A stretch of DNA of 64,000 nucleotides from Abditibacterium sp. GTDB lineage: Bacteria > Armatimonadota > Abditibacteriia > Abditibacteriales > Abditibacteriaceae. Positions 39,176-49,052 of this stretch are shown here, piece after piece. Within the stretch, counting starts at the first letter, position 1. The number at the start of each line of letters is the position of its first letter. The stretch covers positions 1,152,001 through 1,216,000 of the forward strand of contig CBDASK010000003.1 of the NCBI GenBank assembly GCA_965199495.1. The letters run 5' to 3'. A program made the position numbers and the translations under genes. The notes below the pieces were generated by a model. That model saw only the letters and a list, made by a program, of their open reading frames with translations, was not told where the DNA came from and did not search any database.

Positions 39176-39951
39176 AATTTTTTCTCACGCTCCACAACGC
39201 GCAGCAATGCCGACGCCAGTCGCCCCTGCAATCTAAAGCCACAATCGGGACAGATCAAAGCGCGCTTCAAACCTTGTCGCCAAAGCATTAATTCACCGCA
39301 CACCGGACAGGCTATCTGGCTTTTCTCGTCCGGTGACTGGACTTGAAAACTTTGAGTCGCGCTTTCAACTCCGCTACAAAGCGGGCTTTTGTGGCAGAGG
39401 AAAAGCCCAGTTTCAGGATAGAAGTTCATCTTTTCGCCACACTGCGGACAAGCGGACGTTGGTTCCGAAGCGGGAGCAGTTCGCCCGGCCCCATGCCCCG
39501 CAAGCGAGTTGGGATCGCCCAGATTTAAATCGGCCAGAATTTCGCGCGCGAGCGGCGCAGATTCAAAGCGCAGCATCGATTCGAGCGTGTTGGCGTGCGA
39601 GAGGGCGTTGAGCGAACCGTGCCATAGAATGCGCCCGTCGATGACCGCGATTTTCTCGTGCATCTCGGCGCGCAAATGCACCTGCGCACCAGCTACGCGC
39701 AACGACTCGACAACGCCATCGAACCCGCGTTGCAACGATTCCGGCTGCCCTGAGCGCGGACGAAGGTAAATTTTCAGGTCAACCTGTTGAGAGTATAAAA
39801 CCGAGAAAGTCGGCAAATAAAAGCCCACGCGGCGGCTGGATATGAAAGGCGAAAGGAGAACTACAAAATCTTTCGCAACCGTCAAATCTGATAAAAAGGC
39901 GGAGTGAAATTCTTTATCATTGAGATGCTTAATCGGAAGAGCCAAGCTCAT
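39172..39951 (-). CDS. Phospholipase D-like nuclease with C-terminal Zn ribbons (DrmC-like)
   Basis: SPFI, HEKIAVIDGRILWHGSLN (HKD motif), CPQCG and CPVCG..CPDCG; ATGA overlap with the SNF2 gene. Confidence 0.85.
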   Translation of the reverse strand: MSLALPIKHLNDKEFHSAFLSDLTVAKDFVVLLSPFISSRRVGFYLPTFSVLYSQQVDLKIYLRPRSGQPESLQRGFDGVVESLRVAGAQVHLRAEMHEKIAVIDGRILWHGSLNALSHANTLESMLRFESAPLAREILADLNLGDPNSLAGHGAGRTAPASEPTSACPQCGEKMNFYPETGLFLCHKSPLCSGVESATQSFQVQSPDEKSQIACPVCGELMLWRQGLKRALICPDCGFRLQGRLASALLRVVEREKKL

Positions 39952-40217
39952 AATTGGTTTTTTCGCTCAAGAAATTTTAGGACTCGCGCGTCCAAAACTT
40001 CATAACAAACGCAGAGCAAATCGTTAATTCTGCCAACAAAAGTATAAATGCAAAGATATCTATTCAGCGCTGCAAACCGCGACTTGCCATCATATTTATT
40101 TACCAAATACGCGGATTTTGCAGCGTGAATAGGTTCAACTGAAGCATGACCTGGACTATCTGCCCGACGATAATACATTTGCGTCGCTAAAATTCGCGGG
40201 GCAGGATAGATGAGTAT

Positions 40218-42311
40218 TTACGCTCCTGCGGAAAAGATTTCGACAAAAGCCTCGTTCGTGATGGGGTGGGGAGATTGAATTGGCCCTTTGCAGCCGTGCT
40301 TCTCTAATATCTTTTGGAAATCGGCCCAGGGCACGGGAGATTGGAAATTAAAAGTCGAACCAAATTTTAACGCCATAAGTTTGCCCTCAGCTTGATTTTC
40401 CGTGACATCCATTAAATCGCTCCACTGAAAAACGCCCAAACGCCTAAATTGAGAAAACAGTGTTTTGGCGCTTCCAACATGGACTTCCTGCAAAGAGGAA
40501 CACGCCCTGATACTCCCCACATTTTGGAAATTTTTGTCCTGCGAGACATACCATAAGATGCGCGCGGGAGCCTTGATACCGCTGGGTCTGGCGGAGCGGT
40601 AGTAAACAGATTCCCTGTTTAGCAGCAGTTTGGTGATCGAGCCGAAAATTGTTTGTGAAGCCAAACCTTCGTCGAACAGTTCTTTGGCCCAATGCGGTCT
40701 AATCGGCACTATATAAGTGTTCAAGAAAGCGTCCGATACGCGTGTCGGCCACAACGAATCTTCGGCAAGCAGTGCTTGCTTTGGGGCGCTGATTAAATTT
40801 GCTTCCATCAATCGAGTGACTCTAACTTGATCATTTTCAGAAATCCAAGAATTTCTTTCGCCAGTCTCTTTAGCGAAATCTACCAGCTCTTGAGAACTTC
40901 CTATATTGGGCAACATATATCGAAGTAATCCGTGATCGGTCTTGAAAAAACCGTCCTCTAAAAATGCGCTCTCCATGATTGGGCTGATATGCGGATCAAC
41001 GATAAGAACAAGGCGGCTCTGGCTTTTAACGGCCATCTTTATCAAACGCGAGGAAAGGCTGCGGGCGATAGTTGGTGCGGAAGAAGGCGCGGAGGAAATT
41101 TCTCTGACGCGAATCATCGGCACCTTCAGAGAATCTCCATCTAATGTCGTAAAGAGGATGCCCAGTTCTCCCTGAGTATCGTTGAAAACGCGCAAGGAAT
41201 TCACTTCGTTGGGCCGAGACAGAAGACCGTTCAATTGAGCTTGCAAAACAGCCTTATTCTCCTGAGCACTGCGCTGAAACAGTTCTTCCTTTCCGTCCAA
41301 ATCATGTTGTCCGATACGTTGGCATTCGATATCTGTTGCGGCGAATTGAGCCGGGCGATACTCGGTTTCGCGTTGCAACTCATCCAAGTGGATAATCAGC
41401 GTGGCTGGACGAAGCACGCGAACCCCAGTGGATTCATAAATAGGGTTTTCTCGCTCCAAAATATTATCGTCGCGCGTTACGAAAAAGGGCACTTTGGCAG
41501 CGGCAGCGTGGGCGATTTGCCGGAGGTCAGAGCTATCACTTTCGCGAGTTGGCTCTGAAAACAGCGGCGTAAGTTGTTCCAGCGAACGCTCAAAGATTTG
41601 CGGATCAGATTCAATGCTTATGTAACGCGAAATTGCGGCGCGGTTCTGTTCGCGCTGCAAGGGATCAGCTCTCCGATGAACCTCGTTGAATATTTCAGGA
41701 GTCAAACAGAGTTCAATCGAATCTTGCAGCCAGTCGGCCAGAAGCGCTTTAGATTCCTCACTGCGTTGTGTTTCTTCTGCCCCTTCCAAATCGAAGAACA
41801 CGTTGGCATCCAAAACTACCGCAATTTTCCCTGCCAGAGTTTCTTCAATCCAAAGAGATTCCAAACTCAAGACCCCATTACTTTTCCACCAATAGGTGAG
41901 CGGCTTTCGCTGAACATTACGGCCTTCAAGTTCGTTACGAGCAACAAATCCCAGGTGAGGCCACATCGCGTTAACACTGAAATCTGTGCGACACTTCAAC
42001 CCGATACCGAGAGCCGCTTGCGTTTGAGCGGCAAGAGCCTTGACCAATTCCCGCGCAACGCCTTGACGCTGATATGCCTCATGGATACATAGATGGACGA
42101 TAGTTACACGTTCACGTGACTGACGAAATAGAAGGTAACCTACAAGCGTATTTCCTATGAGGGCGACAAGGATTCCCCCTTTAGAAATCGCATCCTCAAA
42201 CGCCCCTCCAGGAAAAAAGCCGAGAGTTTTCGAGTTTTTCCGCCATAAAATTTGGATGTCTGCCATGTGAATAGGCAGAGCACTGAGGATGGAGATGTCT
42301 ATGTTTGGCAT
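40218..42311 (-). CDS. GNAT-PIN-(GNAT-like)-PUA/EVE multidomain protein
   Basis: HLCIHEAYQRQGVA (acetyl-CoA loop); VVLDANVF..E..D..FVTRD (PIN); YIVPIRPHWAKELF..VYYRS..ILWYVS (PUA-like). Confidence 0.75.
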   Translation of the reverse strand: MPNIDISILSALPIHMADIQILWRKNSKTLGFFPGGAFEDAISKGGILVALIGNTLVGYLLFRQSRERVTIVHLCIHEAYQRQGVARELVKALAAQTQAALGIGLKCRTDFSVNAMWPHLGFVARNELEGRNVQRKPLTYWWKSNGVLSLESLWIEETLAGKIAVVLDANVFFDLEGAEETQRSEESKALLADWLQDSIELCLTPEIFNEVHRRADPLQREQNRAAISRYISIESDPQIFERSLEQLTPLFSEPTRESDSSDLRQIAHAAAAKVPFFVTRDDNILERENPIYESTGVRVLRPATLIIHLDELQRETEYRPAQFAATDIECQRIGQHDLDGKEELFQRSAQENKAVLQAQLNGLLSRPNEVNSLRVFNDTQGELGILFTTLDGDSLKVPMIRVREISSAPSSAPTIARSLSSRLIKMAVKSQSRLVLIVDPHISPIMESAFLEDGFFKTDHGLLRYMLPNIGSSQELVDFAKETGERNSWISENDQVRVTRLMEANLISAPKQALLAEDSLWPTRVSDAFLNTYIVPIRPHWAKELFDEGLASQTIFGSITKLLLNRESVYYRSARPSGIKAPARILWYVSQDKNFQNVGSIRACSSLQEVHVGSAKTLFSQFRRLGVFQWSDLMDVTENQAEGKLMALKFGSTFNFQSPVPWADFQKILEKHGCKGPIQSPHPITNEAFVEIFSAGA

Positions 42312-42575
42312 TTCAGCGAAGGATTTTCGATTTCAAAACTTACACCTATCACTCCTCTGCGAGAGCGATATCAGAAGTTGAATAGCTTTTGAGTCGGCTT
42401 CTCAAGACGAAAGGTTTGTATATACACTTGGCATCTATAGTGAGGGAGATTTTCCGTTGCCATGCGCCCCCTCGACTTTGACGATCTGATTTAAGTGCGT
42501 TTGTTTATTTTACATCATGCACATTTGAAAGACATTGACTCTCTTCAAATCAGCTCTTTTGAACCTCAAACAATT

Positions 42576-42956
42576 ATGACAATACTACTTTCGATCAAGC
42601 CTGAGTTCGCCGAGAAAATTTTTGCTGGCTCGAAACGATACGAGTTCCGCCGCAGTATATTTAAGCGTTCTGTCACGAAAGTCGTGATTTACGTGACGGT
42701 GCCAGTTGCTATGGTTTTAGGTGAGTTCGTGATAGAAAAAGTGCTGCACGAAGAGGTGGAGCAGTTGTGGAAACAAACTGCCGCACATGCAGGAATAGAA
42801 GAGGAATTCTTCTATTCCTACTTCGCAGAAAAGGAAAAAGGATATGCAATCAAAATTGGTGAAGTTACTCGTTATCCAACGCCTTTTAACTTGCAAGAAA
42901 AATTTGGAGTCAATGCCCCTCAATCCTTTCTTTATATTCATCCCAATGATACATAG
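42576..42956 (+). CDS. ASCH domain protein
   Basis: MTILLSIKPEFAEKIFAGSKRYEFRR..APQSFLY. Confidence 0.85.
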   Translation: MTILLSIKPEFAEKIFAGSKRYEFRRSIFKRSVTKVVIYVTVPVAMVLGEFVIEKVLHEEVEQLWKQTAAHAGIEEEFFYSYFAEKEKGYAIKIGEVTRYPTPFNLQEKFGVNAPQSFLYIHPNDT

Positions 42957-43110
42957 TCCGCAAATTAAATCCGCCCGACTGTTTTGCAATTAATTAATTT
43001 CATACACAATAAAAATAGATTCTGTCGTCTTTTATTTAGCTCGGTCTTCTTTTCTAATTCGTATTGAATACTTGTGCGCTATTATTTTCGCGTATTTTAC
43101 TTTTTGGTGC

Positions 43111-43608
43111 ATGAACACCAACACATCACCTCACGAACTCGACACAACCACCGACAACCCCAACAGCGAAACCGCTAATATACGTCCACGCGCAGAATGG
43201 GACGAAGACGAGATTTTCGACGGGCGCCCCAAATCCCCAACCATCCAGATTCTCGTCGTGCCGCCCGGCGCCGCGCCCTACCCGCACACGCTCGACAATT
43301 CTCTCGAAGCCATGCAGCAGCTTATCGGCGGCAACGTCACCTCGTTCGACATCGGCGTCTTTGACACGGTCGGCATCGCCCACGACGAGGGCCTACTGCT
43401 GAAGCTCCCGCCCAACCGCCTGATTCCCGCCACGGGCGCCATCATCTTCGGCACCTTTTTCATCGCGGGCAGCGGCATCAACCTGCACTCTTTGACACCG
43501 GAGCAGATGGCCGAAGCCGCCAAGCTCTTAGAGCATCCGTTGCGACTCCAACAACTCGCCCAGCTTTTGCAACGGGAGCGTGCGGAGTTCGACGGCACGA
43601 ACGACTGA
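43111..43608 (+). CDS. DUF3846-like protein (mobile-element associated)
   Basis: LVVPPG.APY..SLEAMQQLIGG..DEGLLLKLPPNR..IFGTFFIAG. Confidence 0.7.
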   Translation: MNTNTSPHELDTTTDNPNSETANIRPRAEWDEDEIFDGRPKSPTIQILVVPPGAAPYPHTLDNSLEAMQQLIGGNVTSFDIGVFDTVGIAHDEGLLLKLPPNRLIPATGAIIFGTFFIAGSGINLHSLTPEQMAEAAKLLEHPLRLQQLAQLLQRERAEFDGTND

Positions 43609-43624
43609 CACCGCACCCAATAGC

Positions 43625-43660
43625 GAGGCCCGACTCTGAATTGAGTCGGGCCTCATTTGT
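43625..43660 (+). terminator. Intrinsic terminator-like hairpin
   Basis: 12-bp perfect stem GAGGCCCGACTC / GAGTCGGGCCTC with a 6-nt loop, followed by ATTTGT. Confidence 0.7.
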
Positions 43661-43826
43661 ATCCGCCAGTGGCTCTCCTTGCCGCGCGATAGCGTTTCCC
43701 TTGCGCTCTCGTTGTCGTTCGGCTGCACCAACGCCCAAGCGAACTCAAGCGGCTTTCTTCTTTTCACGAACATCACTGTGAGTTCTCCTCTTTGGAGAGA
43801 GTTTTCAGGTAAGATTATAAACATTC

Positions 43827-44444
43827 ATGAAGCCATTACTCTTCCTCGCCTTCTGTTCAACAGTCGTCAGCACAGCGGCTGTGGCTCAAACTCCAAATGT
43901 GATCCCCGGCAAGAGCTTGGGAAAGATTCGGATCGGCGACACTCCGGCACAAGTCCATAAGTCTTTGGGAAAGCCCACGGCGACAGTTCGTTTCAAAAGC
44001 GGCATCATAGACGATGTTTACAAGTCAAAGCAAACTCGCAAAAATTGGAGAGACGAAATCGTTCGAGACAAGGTTGAGGTTCTTTACCGCGCCGGACGGG
44101 TAATTCAGATCGAGGCAACTTCCCCTATTTTCAAAACTGGCAACGGGATTTCCACCAACAGCACAACCGACACAATACAAAATAGCTCTTTCAATTGGCG
44201 CTATTTTATCTACACCTACATTGGCCCAGAAGATTCCGCCGCAAATTACTTCTACTTCACCGATTTGAAACAGGGGCTAACTATCGAATTCGAGGGCTGG
44301 CAAGAGAATCTGTTCCGCCGCTCGAAGCCAACGACTATCATCGTTCACCGCCCCAAAACGCGTGTAATTCCAGACGCAGGTGGCGTTCTGACAACGGAAT
44401 CCACTGATTCAAGTGTTGTCATGTCAGAGTTCGATAACGATTGA
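43827..44444 (+). CDS. Secreted hypothetical protein
   Basis: Sec-type signal MKPLLFLAFCSTVVSTAAVA-Q. Confidence 0.7.
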   Translation: MKPLLFLAFCSTVVSTAAVAQTPNVIPGKSLGKIRIGDTPAQVHKSLGKPTATVRFKSGIIDDVYKSKQTRKNWRDEIVRDKVEVLYRAGRVIQIEATSPIFKTGNGISTNSTTDTIQNSSFNWRYFIYTYIGPEDSAANYFYFTDLKQGLTIEFEGWQENLFRRSKPTTIIVHRPKTRVIPDAGGVLTTESTDSSVVMSEFDND

Positions 44445-44494
44445 GAGGAGCGTTCTAAGTCGTCTAATATCTGCCAATCTACTCCAAACGGAGA

Positions 44495-44995
44495 TCATCC
44501 AAACAATTTCCGGTCGAACGCCCGATAATTAATCGCTTCGGCGACGTGGTGCATCTCGATATTCTCGGCGCCCTCCAAGTCCGCAATCGTGCGCGAAACT
44601 TTCAATATCCGGTCGTAACCGCGCCCGCTCAATCCGAACTGCGAAATCGCCGTCTTGAGCAAATCTTTGGTCGCCCCGTCCATCTCGCAAAACTCGCGCA
44701 GTTCTTTGGCTTTCATGCGCGCGTTGCAAGTCGCGCTCGACTCTTTCATGCGCGCCGTCTGTTGCGCCCGCGCACTCTGCACGCGGCGCCGAACTGTTGC
44801 CGAACTTTCGCCGGTGCGCTTGCCCATCAGTTCTTCGCTCGAAAGTCGCGGCACTTCGATGTGGATATCTATTCGGTCGAGCAACGGGCCACTTATTCTG
44901 GATAGATAGCGCCGGATTTGCGGTGCGGTGCAGGTGCAGGGCTTTTCCGATGGGCTTCCGGTCGGCGTTCCCCCCAGCAGGAAACCGCACGGACA
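44495..44995 (-). pseudogene. comM: comM/yifB 3' half (copy 2), starting at the CPCG motif
   Basis: 167 in-frame codons from TGT CCG TGC GGT; protein nearly identical to copy 1 with many synonymous differences. Confidence 0.9.
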
Positions 44996-45005
44996 CCAAC
45001 GCCAA
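44985..45005. other. Putative att junction (copy 2)
   Basis: Same 21-mer as 14281-14301. Confidence 0.75.
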
Positions 45006-45068
45006 CTTCAGCTCATGGAAACCGTAGTTTGACGTTTAATTTGGACAAAATCCACTAATATAGTCGGC

Positions 45069-45707
45069 TTAATTTGTGAGTTCAATGGGACGAAAATAGC
45101 CCAAAATGCAGCTCACGTCGCGCACACAGATTTGCGTGTGATTGAACTCATTTATGCCCGCGCCTTCATAAATAGGAGCGCCCTCCACAAAGGGGCCGCG
45201 CACGGTGTTATATACCGGCAAACCAATCTGTTCCCGAATTTGGTGTAGTAGATTAGTCACCGCGCAGTCCAGTTCGCGTTTCCGCAAACTTTTACCATTT
45301 GTAGGTAATGTCACGCCACGAACGCGCGAGAGTTCGGCCAATTCGTCGTAAGAAATTTTCAGTTGCGCAATGGCACTGCTGTCGGCCAAATCAAAGCAGC
45401 GTTTCATGTTGAGAACTGCGCCTAATACAAAAGGTCTGGCAATTTCTCCGCGCGAATTGTGCCCACCTGCGGCCCGCTCCTGCGCGAATTGAAGTGCGCG
45501 CAATGGATTCCTTTCCCAGAAATAAACACCCGAACCGAGCCAGTCATAGTCATTGCGGCTGAATTCAAGGTGGGGCGTCTCTCCATTCAAAATCGCTTCG
45601 CCAACGCTTTCATCACAACCATGAAATCCGATGATGGGCGAAGGCAGAAACTCGTAATTCGCCCAACGCGTAAGGTCATCTGACTCGGTGTTTCCCAACA
45701 GACTCAT
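45069..45707 (-). CDS. DUF3990-like / ADP-ribosyltransferase-fold protein (copy 2)
   Basis: Paralog of 14371-15009, same length (212 aa). Confidence 0.6.
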   Translation of the reverse strand: MSLLGNTESDDLTRWANYEFLPSPIIGFHGCDESVGEAILNGETPHLEFSRNDYDWLGSGVYFWERNPLRALQFAQERAAGGHNSRGEIARPFVLGAVLNMKRCFDLADSSAIAQLKISYDELAELSRVRGVTLPTNGKSLRKRELDCAVTNLLHQIREQIGLPVYNTVRGPFVEGAPIYEGAGINEFNHTQICVRDVSCILGYFRPIELTN

Positions 45708-45991
45708 CGCTGAAGTGCCTCATGGGACTGGGCCGGGTCAGAACTCTCCGAGCCGTTCGAGTGCGAACCGTTTATGTTGGCTTGTGCCTCTTCTTGCTCT
45801 TCTCGGCGCTGTTGCTCCATCATCTCGTAGTAGCCGATATTACGCAGCATTTGCTCCGCATAAGCGGGATCTTTCTGTGCGCGCTCGCGAAAACGCTCGG
45901 CAGCGAGGGCGAAACGCTCGGCTTCCTCTCGCGGAGAAAGTAATGGGCCGCTCTGGTAAGCGGTGTTGGGCAGAGATTTGTTTTGAGTCAT
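45704..45991 (-). CDS. Small helical partner protein (copy 2)
   Basis: GPLLSP.EEA.RF..IGYYEMMEQQR shared with 15006-15299; ATGA overlap. Confidence 0.65.
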   Translation of the reverse strand: MTQNKSLPNTAYQSGPLLSPREEAERFALAAERFRERAQKDPAYAEQMLRNIGYYEMMEQQRREEQEEAQANINGSHSNGSESSDPAQSHEALQR

Positions 45992-46045
45992 AGTCTTCTC
46001 CTTGCATTATCTGTCTTTCAGTATAAACCTTGCTTGACAACGCGC

Positions 46046-46155
46046 CTACTTACCCAAAGTTGCCTTCTTGTCGGGTGAAAACGCAGAATCGGGAAAAGTC
46101 AAACGGTCGGTTGCTGTGGAAGGCGAAGAGTGCATCCGATGCAATCGGCGCGCAG
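46046..46155 (-). pseudogene. Orphan LSR 3' tail fragment
   Basis: Translates HRMHSSPSTATDRLTFP..KATLGK*, matching the LSR1/LSR2 C-termini; GAAGGCGAAGAGTGCATCCG is identical at 46120-46139 and 58103-58122. Confidence 0.75.
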
Positions 46156-46367
46156 ATATTGGAACGCACAGTTGGGCTTCAACGCGGTTGAACATCTGCC
46201 TAGCAAGTCACATGAATTTTCAAAACTCATGGACAAACTACGATTTGAGAAAGAAATTTCGAGAACGGTTTCTGGGAAATTTGGCCAACGTTTAATCAAT
46301 GGCTATTCCTGTTTGGTGCGAATGTTTCTTACAAATGGACGTTTTTGATAATGTGCGAAGAGGCTGT

Positions 46368-46475
46368 TTAGGTCGAGGAACTGCGTCCTACGAGCCTTTT
46401 GACAAGGGCTGGCAACTCTTCTGGATTCACGGGTTTGGGCAGATGACTTTGAAAGCCCGCCCGCAGAGCTTTTGC
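46368..46475 (-). pseudogene. C-terminal fragment of a response-regulator receiver domain
   Basis: KALRAGFQSHLPKPVNPEELPALVKRL with no N-terminal receiver part. Confidence 0.55.
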
Positions 46476-46559
46476 CGTGCCGTAGCGCCACGCAGAGCGC
46501 CGTTTTTCTGCTTCTCCAGAAGTGAACCCGTTCTGGCAACCAAATTCGCCCACTGCCAA

Positions 46560-46598
46560 AAACAAGAAAACCCGCGATATTCGCGGGTTTTCTTGTTT
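46560..46598. terminator. Bidirectional intrinsic terminator
   Basis: 18-bp perfect stem AAACAAGAAAACCCGCGA / TCGCGGGTTTTCTTGTTT, just after the stop at 46612. Confidence 0.85.
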
Positions 46599-46611
46599 GA
46601 TGTTTTATCAA

Positions 46612-47253
46612 TTACAGCATCTTGCCATGGAGAAAGTTTTTGCAGTGAACAACGTGTTCTTTGAAGGTGGCCAGTGTGAGCATAGCCAGGTGGCGTCCAT
46701 GCATTTCCGCCATGCTGGTGTGGTTCTTGGAATTGGCAAGGTAAGAGTTGGCCAGGTCGCGCAAGAATTCGTGGTTGGCGAGTTGGGCTGTCATATACGC
46801 CTTGTCGAATTCGGCACCTTTGGGCGTGCTCTTGATTTTTGCGAGGGTGGCTTTGGCGGCGGCGCTCATCGGGGGAACAGGGGTTTTCAGCTCTTTGAGA
46901 ACTGTTGTCACGCCAATCGCCTCGCGCAGTTCAAAGTTGGCGAATTCCAATGCGGCAGGACTGGTCGCTTTATCTACGGCGATTTGACTGGTCGCCAATG
47001 ACAGCATCGCGGGGCCAATCACGCCTTTGCGGAAATCGGCTTCGCTGATGGCTTTGGGGGCCATCATCGGGTAATCGTGGCCAGTATCAGCTTCGGGTTG
47101 CTTGGGCATCGTCGCAGCCTGCGCGGAAGTGGGCAACAGTTGAAGTGCCGCAAGTCCAGCTCCGGCAAGCGCCGCACGCGACAGGAGGGTGCGACGACTG
47201 AGGGCCTCGGTAGAAGTTTCGGGGAGGATCGTGGATTTGAGTTTTGTGTTCAT
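46612..47253 (-). CDS. Tat-exported DUF4142 (ferritin-like) protein
   Basis: LSRRTLL twin-arginine signal; SQIAVDKA..FA..E..GAEFDKAYMTAQLANH. Confidence 0.8.
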   Translation of the reverse strand: MNTKLKSTILPETSTEALSRRTLLSRAALAGAGLAALQLLPTSAQAATMPKQPEADTGHDYPMMAPKAISEADFRKGVIGPAMLSLATSQIAVDKATSPAALEFANFELREAIGVTTVLKELKTPVPPMSAAAKATLAKIKSTPKGAEFDKAYMTAQLANHEFLRDLANSYLANSKNHTSMAEMHGRHLAMLTLATFKEHVVHCKNFLHGKML

Positions 47254-47594
47254 CTGAGAAAGACTTCATGCAAGTGTTACTCCATAGTCCACGCGTTATT
47301 ACCCCTGAAATACCTCGCTATTACTCAGTTTTTCGCATGAATGATTCAGAAGCTCGCAATGAACACAGCCATAGTGAAGCGATTTTGTCTATTTCTCACT
47401 TCAATCCGATTTGGTTCACGGAAAAGCGAAGGCTCCACTTGGTTTTATAAAGCCGTGCAACAACATATGATGAAACAGCCGCGATAGTCTTGTGTGGTTT
47501 TACTGATTCGAGCCTACGACATAACACAATTCCAGTTTTGGAGAACAGCAAAAGTGAAATTATAACGGTTCGGAAAACGATAGTGCGTATTAAG

Positions 47595-47684
47595 CGTTGC
47601 GAACCGCGAGCGTGGGCGACCGGCCAAGTTAAAGAGCCAAGAAACTTCGACTTAGCCGGTCGCTCACGCTCGCGGTTCGCAACG
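47595..47684. repeat. Inverted REP-like doublet
   Basis: 35-bp arms (47595-47629 / 47650-47684) with 2 mismatches. Confidence 0.7.
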
Positions 47685-47842
47685 ACTACAGAGAGACAGT
47701 AGTTTTCGGAACCGCTATAAACGCTGCTTATCATGCGCTGCACGAACTAAAGCGTCATTATCGCTGCTCGAAATAAGCGAGGCAACGCGCGGGTTTGTCG
47801 AATCCGCCGCCATCGAGCGCGCCGGTTGCTGTGGGCCGTTTT

Positions 47843-48955
47843 TCAATCGGGCATTTCGTCAATGGAAGTCGGTTCGATGCGCGGTTGTTGGTTCATCTCG
47901 TGGCGGAACTTGGTCGAGGCTTCGTAAACCTTGACGCGCACGCGTTGGATGGAACCGAGCGGGCGATGCGCGGGCAAGGTGTGCCATGGGTTGAACGATA
48001 ATTTCTCGTCCACGAAAACGCGGCGCGCCGGAGTGTAGGCTTGTTGCGCGGGAATCACGATTTTGGCGACCGGCAAATATGGACTGACTTTTTCGTCCCA
48101 TTCGACCGACGCGTCTTCGACCGGCATCTTTTCCAGGTCGGTGCAAAGCTGAACGCCGATTTCGTATTCGGCGCCGTTGTTTTGGAAAAACTCGGTGACG
48201 AGATGCAGCAAAACCGACGCGTCGCTGGCATCAACGTGCGCGCCGACGAGCGGTTGCAACGAATCGGACAAAGGTTTGGCGTTGATTTTGGCGATGTAAT
48301 CGCCGTAGCGATGCGCCGCCATGCTGAAAAAAGTCTCGCCCAGAATGTGGGTTTGCGGCTTGTTGGAGCCGACCACATCGGGCGTGATTTCGCCGCCCAC
48401 TTTCATCACCGCTTCGTTGACGGTTTTCATCGCTTTGGAAGCCAGCGTGGTGGCTTCTTCGGGCAAACCGGCTTTTTTCTCTTGGCTGAGTTGCGCCTTG
48501 AGATAAGTCGCCACGTCACCCGCTGGAATGGTCGGATGGTTCACCAACAGAAAGTCCTGCGTCAAAGCGTCGCGCTCGGCTTCGAGAACTTTCTCGCCCT
48601 CGACGCCAATCGCTTTAATCGAGATGCCGCGAAACGCCGAAACCGCGTCCGATTGAATATCGCCGGGCGCCGTCGAAAAGCGCACGATAATCGGATACGT
48701 GCGCGCTTGCGCGAACAATCCCTGCGCCAGATGTTGCGGCAAATTGTCGTAGATTTGCAGTTCGCCTTTGAGCGCGCCGTGACTTTTGGCGTGCGCGTCG
48801 CGTTGGGCGTGACGGTCTTTTTCAAAAACCATCTGGCGCACGCGGTCGAACGAGGCGACGGTCTGTTGCACCAGAGTTTCTTCTTCGGGTTGCACCTGCT
48901 CGACATCGTCGGAGTAGCGCACATAATGGGTGGAATTTGCGTTGAAATCGGACAT
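47843..48955 (-). CDS. Catalase-related heme protein
   Basis: RDAHAKSHG, VRFST, LSFNPWH..HRPLGSIQRVR..VY. Confidence 0.85.
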   Translation of the reverse strand: MSDFNANSTHYVRYSDDVEQVQPEEETLVQQTVASFDRVRQMVFEKDRHAQRDAHAKSHGALKGELQIYDNLPQHLAQGLFAQARTYPIIVRFSTAPGDIQSDAVSAFRGISIKAIGVEGEKVLEAERDALTQDFLLVNHPTIPAGDVATYLKAQLSQEKKAGLPEEATTLASKAMKTVNEAVMKVGGEITPDVVGSNKPQTHILGETFFSMAAHRYGDYIAKINAKPLSDSLQPLVGAHVDASDASVLLHLVTEFFQNNGAEYEIGVQLCTDLEKMPVEDASVEWDEKVSPYLPVAKIVIPAQQAYTPARRVFVDEKLSFNPWHTLPAHRPLGSIQRVRVKVYEASTKFRHEMNQQPRIEPTSIDEMPD

Positions 48956-49052
48956 AATCGGGGCGAAATCAATCGCATATCGAAGGCCAAAAAATCGTCG
49001 AACCATGCGCCGCAAATTTTTCGAGGGAAAGCCCGCATTTGGCTGGCGGCCT

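Larger units (their letters stand above)
14292..44995. mobile_element. Integrative element A (~30.7 kb): LSR, primase-helicase, defence cargo and its own comM 3' half
   Basis: Bounded by the two 21-bp junctions in direct orientation; backbone genes are paralogous to those of element B. Confidence 0.7.

Noticed and set aside
25807..39951. Calling the operon canonical BREX or Druantia
   Set aside because: No PglZ/BrxC and no DruA-D/H-like partners are visible
39948..40178. 76-aa ORF between the PLD and GNAT-PIN genes
   Set aside because: No motif or clear RBS; cannot be supported despite the 4-nt overlap
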